Source: Candidatus Kerfeldbacteria bacterium
Lineage (GTDB): Bacteria; Patescibacteriota; Patescibacteriia; UBA9570; XYC2-FULL-38-9
Assembly: GCA_016182555.1 (NCBI GenBank)
Contig: JACPGJ010000008.1
Span: 28,272-92,271 of the forward strand
DNA: 64,000 nucleotides
Reading direction: 5' to 3'
Every line of letters begins with the position of its first letter. Position 1 is the first letter of the stretch. This document shows positions 47,944 through 56,765 of this stretch, piece by piece. Below the pieces are notes generated by a model, which was given only the letters and a program-made list of their open reading frames with translations, made no database searches and had not been told where the DNA came from. A program made the position numbers and the translations under genes.

Positions 47944-49134
47944 ATGTTCAAATTCATCCTTCAACAAAGAAACAGGAAACGGATACGGGCGATGCAAAAC
48001 CAACGGCCTACCAATTTTCGAAGTACAAAAATTCCTTCGCCACAAAAAACAGCATCCAGTGAAATATGGCGCGTCATCTGTTCATGGATAAAAAAAGATG
48101 GTTGGGCAATCATTGGTATTATCGGGATGATGGGAGTAACGAGCTGGTACTTTGGGTTCCACCAACAACATTTTCATATTCATGATGTGCATATTGAAGG
48201 AAATAAATTTATTCATACAGAAGATATTCAACATGTTGTTGATCAATTTACTTCCAGCAAAACTATCATTTTTTTGAAACGAAACACGTTTTGGACATTC
48301 AAAGCTGAGGCTCTTGAAAAACAATTGTATCAATCTTTGAGTAGCACCTATGCATTAGAACAGGTAGAAGTGCAAAAAAAATTTCCAAATAGTGTAGCGA
48401 TAACGGTTACCGAACGGATACCCAGTGTCACCTGGGTCACCACGTCTTCTGGAACAGAGCATTGGTATACGGTAGACCGAGAGGGCATTGTTACGCAAGT
48501 GTTGGGTTCGCCAGACCAGGCGGATACATCATTTCCGATTATCCGTGATACTAATCGTGATCAATTTGAAGCTGGTTGGCATATCATTTCTTCTCAATAT
48601 ATTGATTTTGTTTTACATCTGCATGAACAAATGGAAAACACAACTGGGACACATGTGGATTCTTATGTATTGCCGCTGATGCAATGCCAAGAACAACAAT
48701 ATGTGACCGAGGAAATTTTTAAACAAGAATTACAGAATTCTGCTTCTGATGAATTTCGTGACAAGAAACGTGAAATTCAAGAAAAATTTCAACGCGGAGA
48801 ATTAACAGTTGATGAAAGTTTAGAAGAATTAGAAAAAATTAAAGAAGAAGAGTTTCAACAAAATCATGAAGGAGAAGATACTAAAGGGGTGCAAGGGCAT
48901 GTTGAATGGCAAACGGTGTATGTTCCTGTAACGTGTGATTTTGTGAACGTCGCTACTGAAGTACATGTCATGACTAGCGGAGACCATGCTGGTTACCAAG
49001 TATATATGGATACCAGCCTCGATCTTTCTACCCAATTGCAAAATCTAGAATCCGTTTTACAAGAAAAAATTAGCGATCCAACAGCTATTCAATACATTGA
49101 TGTGCGTTTTGCTGATCGTGTCTATTATCAATAA
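47944..49134 (+). CDS. ftsQ: FtsQ/DivIB-like POTRA membrane protein with a large acidic insertion
   Basis: TM, FHIHDVHIEGN, VQKKFPNSVAITVTER, VDREG, C-terminal YIDVRFADRVYY. Confidence 0.72.
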   Translation: MFKFILQQRNRKRIRAMQNQRPTNFRSTKIPSPQKTASSEIWRVICSWIKKDGWAIIGIIGMMGVTSWYFGFHQQHFHIHDVHIEGNKFIHTEDIQHVVDQFTSSKTIIFLKRNTFWTFKAEALEKQLYQSLSSTYALEQVEVQKKFPNSVAITVTERIPSVTWVTTSSGTEHWYTVDREGIVTQVLGSPDQADTSFPIIRDTNRDQFEAGWHIISSQYIDFVLHLHEQMENTTGTHVDSYVLPLMQCQEQQYVTEEIFKQELQNSASDEFRDKKREIQEKFQRGELTVDESLEELEKIKEEEFQQNHEGEDTKGVQGHVEWQTVYVPVTCDFVNVATEVHVMTSGDHAGYQVYMDTSLDLSTQLQNLESVLQEKISDPTAIQYIDVRFADRVYYQ

Positions 49135-49148
49135 GTGTCGTAAAATAT

Positions 49149-49598
49149 ATGAATCGGAAAAATCGTCTACCGAAAAAAGGGGACGGATATCATGTAGCTA
49201 TTGCCATTATCCGTTATCAAAATAATATCTTATTAACACGGCGGAACGATCCAGAAAGCCCATGGCATGACTTTTGGGAGTTTCCTGGTGGAGGCGTTGA
49301 AGCTGACGAAACAATTGACATGGCTCTCCAAAGAGAAATTTTTGAAGAAGTTGGTATGCAAATAGGCATTGGTGATTATGTGTACATGAAGACATATATG
49401 TATACAGGCAACAAAACTACAAAATCGATTTATTTGCATGTCTATAGTATACAGTGCAAGGATGAGCCAAAAATTGTATTAGACCCACTAGAGTCTAGTG
49501 CCTATGAGTGGGTAGAAGTGAGTGAAGTGGCTCATTACCCGGGCTTATTGCCACAAAATATTGAAATGATTGATGATTATATAAGTGCAGATATATAA
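49149..49598 (+). CDS. NUDIX hydrolase (MutT-like)
   Basis: WEFPGGGVEADETIDMALQREIFEEVG Nudix box. Confidence 0.92.
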   Translation: MNRKNRLPKKGDGYHVAIAIIRYQNNILLTRRNDPESPWHDFWEFPGGGVEADETIDMALQREIFEEVGMQIGIGDYVYMKTYMYTGNKTTKSIYLHVYSIQCKDEPKIVLDPLESSAYEWVEVSEVAHYPGLLPQNIEMIDDYISADI

Positions 49599-49665
49599 AA
49601 ACGTTTTATATGCGTCGTAAAAGGTATATTGTGCGACACATTAAATATTTCAAAACAACACTTCC

Positions 49666-49696
49666 CCCTGCAATACATCAACGCTAAGTTGCAGGG
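49666..49696. terminator. Inverted repeat between convergent genes; possible terminator
   Basis: CCCTGCAA-15 nt-TTGCAGGG; weak U tract. Confidence 0.35.
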
Positions 49697-49731
49697 ATAG
49701 GAATTAGGAGAACTATAATTTCTATTGGATA

Positions 49732-50889
49732 TTATTTTAATTGGTTTTCAATAGCCATTAGATACCCTTTCCCTAAAGTTGGATTCCCATAGATTGCTTT
49801 AATTAACTTTCGCAATGCAGGAACTCGATTCATTCTGTCTACTTTCATATCATAATCTTCAAAATAGGCATCTATTAACAGCTGCTCATCAATACCTGCA
49901 TCAATCATTTTCTGAATTGCTGCGCGTTCATCTTGATAAAATTCAGAATCTGCTTGTTGCAGTAAACGCAACCTAATTCGTTCCGTCATCCCTTCATTTA
50001 ACCAGCGAAATCGAGTAAATTCTTCTATAATGAAAGGTTTTTCAATACCTTTTTGGTATCCATATCGAAATCGTAAACCAGAGCGTTGAAAATCAATCTT
50101 TTTCTTCAAAATATCACCAAATTCATCAGTATGAGTAATATCCTCTCGCTCAATAAGGTTACGGGCCGCAATCGCATGTGTTAATTCATGAAAAACAGTT
50201 TCACGTTTAGATTCATCATCTTGCCATGTATCGACGGTAGACACCCATCTATTCCAGTCACCAAATGAATGTAGGTATGATGCACTGTCACGCAACATAA
50301 TTTTTGTTTCTTGAACACGTTCTCGTACCGTTTCTTCTGATAAAGGTAACCAGCCATCACGAATTCCTTGAATACAGGTTGCAATAAACTCCTGTTTCCA
50401 TACCTCACATTGTTTCTCAAATTTCTTTCTCTCCTCTTCCATGTATTTGCTATGAAACCGTAACACATCTAAAAATAATTCCTTGGGCATTGTATCAACT
50501 GCTATATGAGCTTGGCCATTCTGTACGGAAAAATAATTTAAAATTTCCTTTTTATAATTGGGGCTGCGAATATATTTATAAAGCATTTCAGTAAACAATA
50601 ACTTCCCCACAGAATCCTGTCCAGAAAGTATTTGAGAAAATGTTTTTTGGTTTAATTCTAAATGTTCATCACGTCTTTGAAGAATGACTTCCTCTGTCCA
50701 CGGTTGCTGCCGGCCATCATGTAATTTTTCAAGATACCCTTGCCATTCATCATATTGTCGAACGGCATATTCACCGAAGACTTGCTGGGATTTTTCCGCA
50801 TCTGAATGCGAATCTGTCTTTGCTTTTTCTACGCGAGGATCATGTTGATCAACTTTGGATATTTGTACGCTTCGAGGGTATTCTCGCAT
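49732..50889 (-). CDS. Hypothetical protein with a gluzincin-type metallopeptidase motif
   Basis: VFHELTHA (HExxH) and downstream WLNEGMTE. Confidence 0.7.
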   Translation of the reverse strand: MREYPRSVQISKVDQHDPRVEKAKTDSHSDAEKSQQVFGEYAVRQYDEWQGYLEKLHDGRQQPWTEEVILQRRDEHLELNQKTFSQILSGQDSVGKLLFTEMLYKYIRSPNYKKEILNYFSVQNGQAHIAVDTMPKELFLDVLRFHSKYMEEERKKFEKQCEVWKQEFIATCIQGIRDGWLPLSEETVRERVQETKIMLRDSASYLHSFGDWNRWVSTVDTWQDDESKRETVFHELTHAIAARNLIEREDITHTDEFGDILKKKIDFQRSGLRFRYGYQKGIEKPFIIEEFTRFRWLNEGMTERIRLRLLQQADSEFYQDERAAIQKMIDAGIDEQLLIDAYFEDYDMKVDRMNRVPALRKLIKAIYGNPTLGKGYLMAIENQLK

Positions 50890-50895
50890 ATAACC

Positions 50896-50901
50896 ATTTT
50901 A
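50896..50901 (-). promoter_or_regulatory. -10 box TAAAAT, 6 nt before ATG 50889 (leaderless)
   Basis: Minus strand reads TAAAAT-ggttat-ATG. Confidence 0.4.
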
Positions 50902-50919
50902 TTATTATCGTATAAAAAA

Positions 50920-52113
50920 TTATTCTACCATGCACACAATACTCTTCAGATAAAAGGATTCAGGAAAATATGGCGAAATGGGGTGGTCTGGCGCTTGTTG
51001 AACCATATCAATGATCCTCACCCGCCGATTGTTTTGTATCGAAGCCCGCTTAAGTATATTCAGTAAATCTTCTTCACTCAAATACTGCGAACAGCTAGAG
51101 GTAACAAATAATCCACCTGGTTCCACCAAGCGCATCGCTGCACGGTTTAAAAAATGATAAGCCTTCAATCCATGTTCTTGATCTTTTTGCGATTTTATTA
51201 ACGCGGGCGGGTCCATGAGTACCATACCGTAAGTTTGTCCACGCCTGGAGCCATCGCTCAGCCATTGAAAAATATCCGCTTTTTCTTGGGTCAAGTGCTC
51301 TGGTGAATACCCAGCAAGCAAACGATGGCGTTCACCACCAGCCAGAGCTTCTTCAGACGCATCTACGTTACATACAGTGACTGCGCCACCAGCCAGCGCC
51401 GCCATACCCGCAGCACCAGTATACGAAAAAAGATTCAAAACGGTTTTCCCTTTTGCCCACTGGCGAACACGCTGGCGTAAATCCTTCTGATCTAAGAAAA
51501 AACCCGTTTTTTGGCCTTGCAGTGGATCAACAATATATTCAAGGCCATATTCTGTTATCAATAATGAGTCTGGAAGGGCGCCAAACACAATACCGGTTAC
51601 CTCTGACAGTTGCTCTTTCAGCCGTTCCCCAGTATCACTCTTCTCCACAATACAGTCCGGAGAAAAAACCGATTGTAATGCAGCAATAATCATTTCACGG
51701 AGACGATCCATGCCTGCTGTATTGATTTGCATAACAAAAACTTGGTTATATCGATCGATAATCAACCCTGGAATGCCATCTGATTCGCCAAATATCAACC
51801 GATAACTGTTTGTTGGAGTTTTTGGTCCATATCCAAGCATTTCCCGCTCTGCTTGCCGAGCGCGAAACTGTTTTACAAACCAATCTTGAGTAATTGCCGC
51901 TTGAGCAAATTCAAGTATGCGCACGGCTATCTGCGAATGGCGGGAATACATACCGGTGGCGATTATTTCTCCTGTACTCGTTACTAAATACACCAGATCG
52001 CCATGCTGAACCGTGTCTGGGATTTGTTGTAGCGCACCAGAAAACACCCACGGATGGTGATAGTGCAACGCTGCCTCTTTCCCAGGCCGTAGAGATATAA
52101 CAGGATATATCAT
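50920..52113 (-). CDS. rlmI: RlmI/YccW-family SAM-dependent rRNA methyltransferase
   Basis: HPWVFS PUA domain, ESDGIPGLIIDRY, GQKTGFFLDQ, LNLFSYTG, DPP, SSCS. Confidence 0.88.
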   Translation of the reverse strand: MIYPVISLRPGKEAALHYHHPWVFSGALQQIPDTVQHGDLVYLVTSTGEIIATGMYSRHSQIAVRILEFAQAAITQDWFVKQFRARQAEREMLGYGPKTPTNSYRLIFGESDGIPGLIIDRYNQVFVMQINTAGMDRLREMIIAALQSVFSPDCIVEKSDTGERLKEQLSEVTGIVFGALPDSLLITEYGLEYIVDPLQGQKTGFFLDQKDLRQRVRQWAKGKTVLNLFSYTGAAGMAALAGGAVTVCNVDASEEALAGGERHRLLAGYSPEHLTQEKADIFQWLSDGSRRGQTYGMVLMDPPALIKSQKDQEHGLKAYHFLNRAAMRLVEPGGLFVTSSCSQYLSEEDLLNILKRASIQNNRRVRIIDMVQQAPDHPISPYFPESFYLKSIVCMVE

Positions 52114-52147
52114 AAATACAATTTGCTTGCCAATTTATCTGCTCTCT

Positions 52148-52176
52148 ACTATACTTCACTTCATCAACTAATTCAA
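52148..52176 (-). promoter_or_regulatory. sigma70 promoter TTGAAT-17-TATAGT for the rlmI-like gene
   Basis: Read on the minus strand. Confidence 0.55.
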
Positions 52177-52256
52177 TTTTATGGCCTCTGGGCTCATACA
52201 AATAGCAATCGTCGTTTTCCTTGTTATTTTCATTAACGGGGTGATAAAAAGTCACT

Positions 52257-52299
52257 AAAAAAAGTGCTAGCTAAACAATACCGTTATAGCACTTTTTTT
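52257..52299 (-). terminator. Intrinsic terminator downstream of the M23 gene (symmetric, possibly bidirectional)
   Basis: AAAAAAAGTGCTA-17 nt-TAGCACTTTTTTT. Confidence 0.7.
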
Positions 52300-52304
52300 A
52301 TTTA

Positions 52305-53645
52305 TTATGGGAGATAGAGCAATGGGTCAACCGCAGTAATACCAGCGACGCGAATTTCAAAATGTAAATGCGAACCAGTAGAATCTCCAGAACCAGGAGT
52401 TCCGGGGAATCCCCCACTCCAACCAATCAGTTGGCCTCGACGAACATATTGGTCTGGCGAAACATTGATACCGCTCACATGCAGGTAACGACTGTTCAGT
52501 TCTTGGTCCTCTGGTCCACCGTGGTCGATGACAATAAGCGCAAGTCCCGCACTGTTAGGATCAAACCGTGCAATGGTCACATACCCCGATTCAGCAGCAT
52601 ACACCGGGCTCCCCTGTTGCATAGCAATATCGATACCTGAGTGTGGACCCCATTTATCCGAATATGGAGTTATACAACCAAAAAAACAGGTAATATAATG
52701 CGATTCACTGGGCCATTGAAAAGAAAAATTTCCAGCGTAGTGATCAAGCAACGTTTCTTCTGATTCGGTAAGATCTTCTTGCGCTTCATCACTATTCAAT
52801 TTTTGTTCAATACCTTCACGTATTTTACGAATTTTATCCTGCGCAGATTGTTCTAATTGATTAACTTCCGCTTCAACCCGTGCGTGTTCGGCTCTTGCAT
52901 CTTCCAACAATTGTGAAAATTTTTCCTCGGATTCTTGTGTCGTGTCAAGCAACGTATCTTTGTACGTTTTCTGTGCGGACAATTCTTCTTGTTGTATACC
53001 TAAATTGGTTTTTTGCAATGCCGCTTGAGCTTTTTTTTCCTTCAATTCTGTTCTATGCGCTTCTAATTCTTTTTTCACTGTTCGCAATGATTGTACTGTA
53101 TCATGAATATCATTTTGGATACGATTTGTGTATTCAAGTTGATTATAAAATCCGGAAAACGTATGCTCGGAAAACATAATCTCGATCGGGGTTTGTTGTT
53201 CCTGCGTATTCATTTCACGAATGAGCTGCGTTAACGTGGATTTATTTTTTGTCAGATCTTCTTCCGCGATATGTATTTGTTGACTTGCCAATTCAATCTG
53301 TGTTTGCGTTAATTCAATTTCTTTTTGTGTTTTTTCAATTTGTATATTTGTTTCTTCCGTTTGGTCATCAATGACCGTAATTTCATTCAGCAATGTGCGT
53401 TCTTCTTGCTGCTTCTGGTCAACCTGCTCTTGATATACATGTAAACGTTCAGCAATATCTTGCACCTCTGCCGATTTATCTGTAATTTCTTTGTTGAGTT
53501 CATTAATATGGTCGTCTTTATCAATTTCTGCTTGGACTTGGTCATCAATTTCATCTGCGTATGCAGGAATAACAAACAATAAAGCGCATGTAGCAACACC
53601 AATGAGCAAGATTGATAAAAAAATAGTGCGACGTGAATAGATCAT
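52305..53645 (-). CDS. Secreted coiled-coil M23 metallopeptidase (EnvC/MepM-like, metal ligands intact)
   Basis: Signal peptide, long coiled coil, HSGIDI, YLH, STGSHLHFE. Confidence 0.9.
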   Translation of the reverse strand: MIYSRRTIFLSILLIGVATCALLFVIPAYADEIDDQVQAEIDKDDHINELNKEITDKSAEVQDIAERLHVYQEQVDQKQQEERTLLNEITVIDDQTEETNIQIEKTQKEIELTQTQIELASQQIHIAEEDLTKNKSTLTQLIREMNTQEQQTPIEIMFSEHTFSGFYNQLEYTNRIQNDIHDTVQSLRTVKKELEAHRTELKEKKAQAALQKTNLGIQQEELSAQKTYKDTLLDTTQESEEKFSQLLEDARAEHARVEAEVNQLEQSAQDKIRKIREGIEQKLNSDEAQEDLTESEETLLDHYAGNFSFQWPSESHYITCFFGCITPYSDKWGPHSGIDIAMQQGSPVYAAESGYVTIARFDPNSAGLALIVIDHGGPEDQELNSRYLHVSGINVSPDQYVRRGQLIGWSGGFPGTPGSGDSTGSHLHFEIRVAGITAVDPLLYLP

Positions 53646-55147
53646 TGGTGTGGTGTTAATATTGTTTGTGCATACTGAAGACGTTTGAGTGTTTCTTCTT
53701 TGCCAAGTATTTCAGCCAATTCAAACGGCGATGGAGATTTATCTACACCAGAAAGAGCATATCGCATGGGCCAAAGCACATCGCCATTCCCCCACCCGGT
53801 TGTGGGAATCCATTGCATAAAGATGTCATTCAACGGTTTTGCCAGAAATTGTTCTTCCGAAATGTGCGCAATTTTTTCTTGCAGCGCTATATAGACTTTG
53901 CACGTTTCTTCCACTGTCGATTTTTTCCATACCAATTTTTTCGGATCATACTCTTGCGCTCCTTCCACCACAACAATGCTTTCGGCAACTTCACGCAAGG
54001 TATGGGTTCTCTCTTTCAAACTCCCCCAAATAGATTCCTGACGAGGGGTCGAAAGACTAGAAAACCATTGAACAAATTTTTTGTACAACGGCGATATTTC
54101 TTCAGCATTTTCGGATAAATTCCGTATGTTTTCCAATAACTGTAGCACACTCAATTTTTTCATGTAGTGTTGATTGATCCAATCCAATTTTTCTGTTTCA
54201 AATACCGGGTTTGCTTTGTGTATTTGCGTGAGTTCAAAACGCTCCGTTAATTCTTCCAACGTAAAAAATTCTTCAGTCGTTTTTGGGTTCCAACCAAGCA
54301 ATGCCGCAAAATTCACCACCGCTTCTGGCAAATACCCCTGATCTCGAAAATGCAACAACGATGTATCTCCATGACGCTTACTCATCTTTCCCCCTTGTTT
54401 TGAAAGGAAAATAGACAAGTGCGTAAATTCGGGCGCTGCCCAGCCAAATAATTGGTACAGTAAAATATGTTTTGGGGTGGAAGGCAACCACTCTTCACCA
54501 CGAATCACATGAGTAATTTGCATCAAGTGATCGTCAATCACATTTGCTAAATGATATGTTGGATAGCCATCAGATTTCATCAATACTTGGTCATCAATAT
54601 CGTGCCAATCAAAAACAATATCACCGCGTACAATATCGTGAATCGTTATCTTTCCGGATTCTGGAACTGTTAAACGCACGACAAAATTTACGCCTTTTGC
54701 CAATGCTGCTTGAACGGCTTCGTCTGTCATTCGGCGGCAATAACGGTCATAACGTGGTGGTTGCTTTTGTGCTTGCTGTTCTTTACGCATGGCATCTAAA
54801 CGTTCGGAGGTGCAAAAACAATAATAAGCAGCTTTTTTTGCAATCAATTCTTTGGCATAACGCTGGTAAATATCTAAGCGCTGGCTTTGAATATAGGGAC
54901 CATGTTCCCCGCCAACTTCCGGGCCTTCATCCCATGTCAACCCCAGCCAACGTAAACCCTCGGTAATCTGAGCAACCCCATTTTCTACTTCACGGGTTTT
55001 ATCTGTATCTTCAATGCGTAATAAAAACTGACCATTATTCTTTTTGGCCCATAAATAGGCAAATAGTGCTGTACGCGCCCCACCAATGTGCAATTTCCCT
55101 GTTGGTGACGGCGCAAAACGTGTACGAACGACATTCCGGGTATTCAT
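53642..55147 (-). CDS. gltX: Glutamate--tRNA ligase
   Basis: RFAPSPTG, HIGG, LRIEDTD, PTYHLA, RGEEW, KMSKR. Confidence 0.97.
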   Translation of the reverse strand: MNTRNVVRTRFAPSPTGKLHIGGARTALFAYLWAKKNNGQFLLRIEDTDKTREVENGVAQITEGLRWLGLTWDEGPEVGGEHGPYIQSQRLDIYQRYAKELIAKKAAYYCFCTSERLDAMRKEQQAQKQPPRYDRYCRRMTDEAVQAALAKGVNFVVRLTVPESGKITIHDIVRGDIVFDWHDIDDQVLMKSDGYPTYHLANVIDDHLMQITHVIRGEEWLPSTPKHILLYQLFGWAAPEFTHLSIFLSKQGGKMSKRHGDTSLLHFRDQGYLPEAVVNFAALLGWNPKTTEEFFTLEELTERFELTQIHKANPVFETEKLDWINQHYMKKLSVLQLLENIRNLSENAEEISPLYKKFVQWFSSLSTPRQESIWGSLKERTHTLREVAESIVVVEGAQEYDPKKLVWKKSTVEETCKVYIALQEKIAHISEEQFLAKPLNDIFMQWIPTTGWGNGDVLWPMRYALSGVDKSPSPFELAEILGKEETLKRLQYAQTILTPHQ

Positions 55148-55154
55148 GAAAAAT

Positions 55155-55163
55155 ATTATACCA
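55155..55163 (-). promoter_or_regulatory. Extended -10 TG-G-TATAAT, 7 nt before the gltX ATG (leaderless)
   Basis: Perfect extended -10 on the minus strand. Confidence 0.65.
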
Positions 55164-55192
55164 TAAACTCGTCAGAACTAAAAATGTATGTA

Positions 55193-55221
55193 TTGACCAG
55201 CAAACAGATATTCAGTACGAT
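55193..55221 (+). promoter_or_regulatory. Promoter TTGACC-17-TACGAT, 6 nt before ATG 55228 (leaderless)
   Basis: Boxes and spacing read directly. Confidence 0.6.
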
Positions 55222-55227
55222 CATCGT

Positions 55228-55851
55228 ATGAAAAAATATAGATATCGATTTGAATCAAGAGAAAAACCGAAATTTACTTTATTGAATTTTTTTGGTGGTG
55301 CTGAACGTCCATTATATAATACTCCCGAATTAAGGGATAAAAAAAGATTGACCAATAGAGATATTGAAACGTATATTCAACAAGACATCAAAGAATTAGC
55401 ACAACTGGAATCAATGGGTATCAAGCTGGATGAACTATATACATTTATGCATCACCTCTTAAATGAAGGATATACGCACCCTGATATGACTCTGGTTGAT
55501 AATCAATTTCAAGTATATTTTAATCGCAAAAATATTATTGAAGGGCGTAAAGGATGGTTTAATTGGGAAGAGTTTGGAAAATGTCCTGTATCAACATGTG
55601 GTCAATGGTATGACCCAAATAGAGATGTATTGTTTCATCCTGCGGAAAATGCGAATAACCCAGAGGTTATCAATCAATCATTACACCATCCACCATTCCG
55701 AATCAATGACATAGTCATTCATCTTGCGGCAGCACACGGAATATGGGAAAAAGGAGAACATGCATGGGATCAATGTTATCCAACATCACCACTGCAATTT
55801 GCGAAAGAGGTGTACTTGCCTTGGAAAGAAAAACAGACAATACAGCAATAA
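55228..55851 (+). CDS. Hypothetical protein with Cys/His cluster (possible metal binding)
   Basis: 207-aa ORF with its own promoter; CPVSTC...IHLAAAHGIWE. Confidence 0.7.
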   Translation: MKKYRYRFESREKPKFTLLNFFGGAERPLYNTPELRDKKRLTNRDIETYIQQDIKELAQLESMGIKLDELYTFMHHLLNEGYTHPDMTLVDNQFQVYFNRKNIIEGRKGWFNWEEFGKCPVSTCGQWYDPNRDVLFHPAENANNPEVINQSLHHPPFRINDIVIHLAAAHGIWEKGEHAWDQCYPTSPLQFAKEVYLPWKEKQTIQQ

Positions 55852-55868
55852 TGCCCTGGATACTTTTG

Positions 55869-56603
55869 TTATAGAAAGAAAACCGAAAATAGGTGTATAA
55901 ACTTTTTCATTATCACTGTGCAAGGAAATAGAATCAATGCTCGAAAAATTCGGGTAATACGTCGCGGCTCATGAACCAGACGCCACAGCCATTCAAAACG
56001 AACGCGTTGAACCCAGTGTGGCGCACGTTGCGCTACACCGGTCCAAAAATCGAATGCGCCGCCAATACCAACACCAATCCGTACAGAAGGAATGTCTTTT
56101 AAATGTTCGGCCAGCCAATATTCTTGTTCAGGAAAACCAAAACCGACAAAAATAATATGTGGAGCGAATGTGTTCATTTGCTCTACTACCGTGCTGTTGC
56201 GCCAATCGGATTTATGTACAGCAATCCCCTGCACCACCGCACACGGTGCTCGCTGTTGAACGGCGCGAACAATCTGGTCGAGTGACGAACGACCATCGGC
56301 GCGCACCAGGCAATAAACGCGTAATTGTTTTTCGTCTGCCATCTTCAACAATGCCTCCGCAAAAGAAACACCTGTCACGGTATGCTTAATACCGGAAACC
56401 AGACGCAACCCAAAGCCATCTGGCAGAGCAAGATGGGAACTATTCAATACCCGTCGATATTCTTCACTCTTTGCTGCATATAACAAAATTTCCGGATTTG
56501 GAGTAATAATGAAGTGAGGCACAGAAGATGACAAAAAATGCTTAGCTTTTTTTATCGCTTCGGTAAATGGAATATTATCGATTTTTACTCCTAAAATGTT
56601 CAT
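55869..56603 (-). CDS. WecB/TagA/CpsF-family glycosyltransferase (GT26)
   Basis: ITPNPE, LPDGFG, VTGV, VGFGFPEQE, GIGGAFDF, RAP, EWLWRL..EPRR. Confidence 0.92.
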   Translation of the reverse strand: MNILGVKIDNIPFTEAIKKAKHFLSSSVPHFIITPNPEILLYAAKSEEYRRVLNSSHLALPDGFGLRLVSGIKHTVTGVSFAEALLKMADEKQLRVYCLVRADGRSSLDQIVRAVQQRAPCAVVQGIAVHKSDWRNSTVVEQMNTFAPHIIFVGFGFPEQEYWLAEHLKDIPSVRIGVGIGGAFDFWTGVAQRAPHWVQRVRFEWLWRLVHEPRRITRIFRALILFPCTVIMKKFIHLFSVFFL

Positions 56604-56626
56604 ATAAAATCATCAAACACTGTTGT

Positions 56627-56709
56627 GATGGCCTGAATCGGCAATTCCACAGCGACCATCTTTTCGCTTAGCGAAATGAGGGAGCGAGTAATTGACGTGA
56701 AAGGCCATC
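56627..56709 (-). repeat. Long interrupted hairpin; probable diverged copy D of the palindromic element
   Basis: GATGGCCT/AGGCCATC, CAATT/AATTG, TTTCGC-TTA-GCGAAA; shares AGCGAnCATC and GCGAGTA with B/A. Confidence 0.5.
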
Positions 56710-56727
56710 CTGATAAAGAGCCAAAAG

Positions 56728-56756
56728 TTGATTTATAATCCATATTTTACTATACT
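56728..56756 (+). promoter_or_regulatory. Promoter TTGATT-17-TATACT, 9 nt before ATG 56766
   Basis: Boxes and spacing read directly. Confidence 0.6.
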
Positions 56757-56765
56757 ATCATAAGA

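Noticed and set aside
51911-52255. 114-aa minus-strand ORF upstream of and overlapping the rlmI-like gene
   Set aside because: It overlaps rlmI out of frame, spans its predicted promoter and has no motif.
56627-56709. c-di-GMP riboswitch, suggested by the GGDEF gene in the window
   Set aside because: It is a single long hairpin without the two-hairpin GEMM architecture and lies upstream of the predicted promoter of the plus-strand gene.
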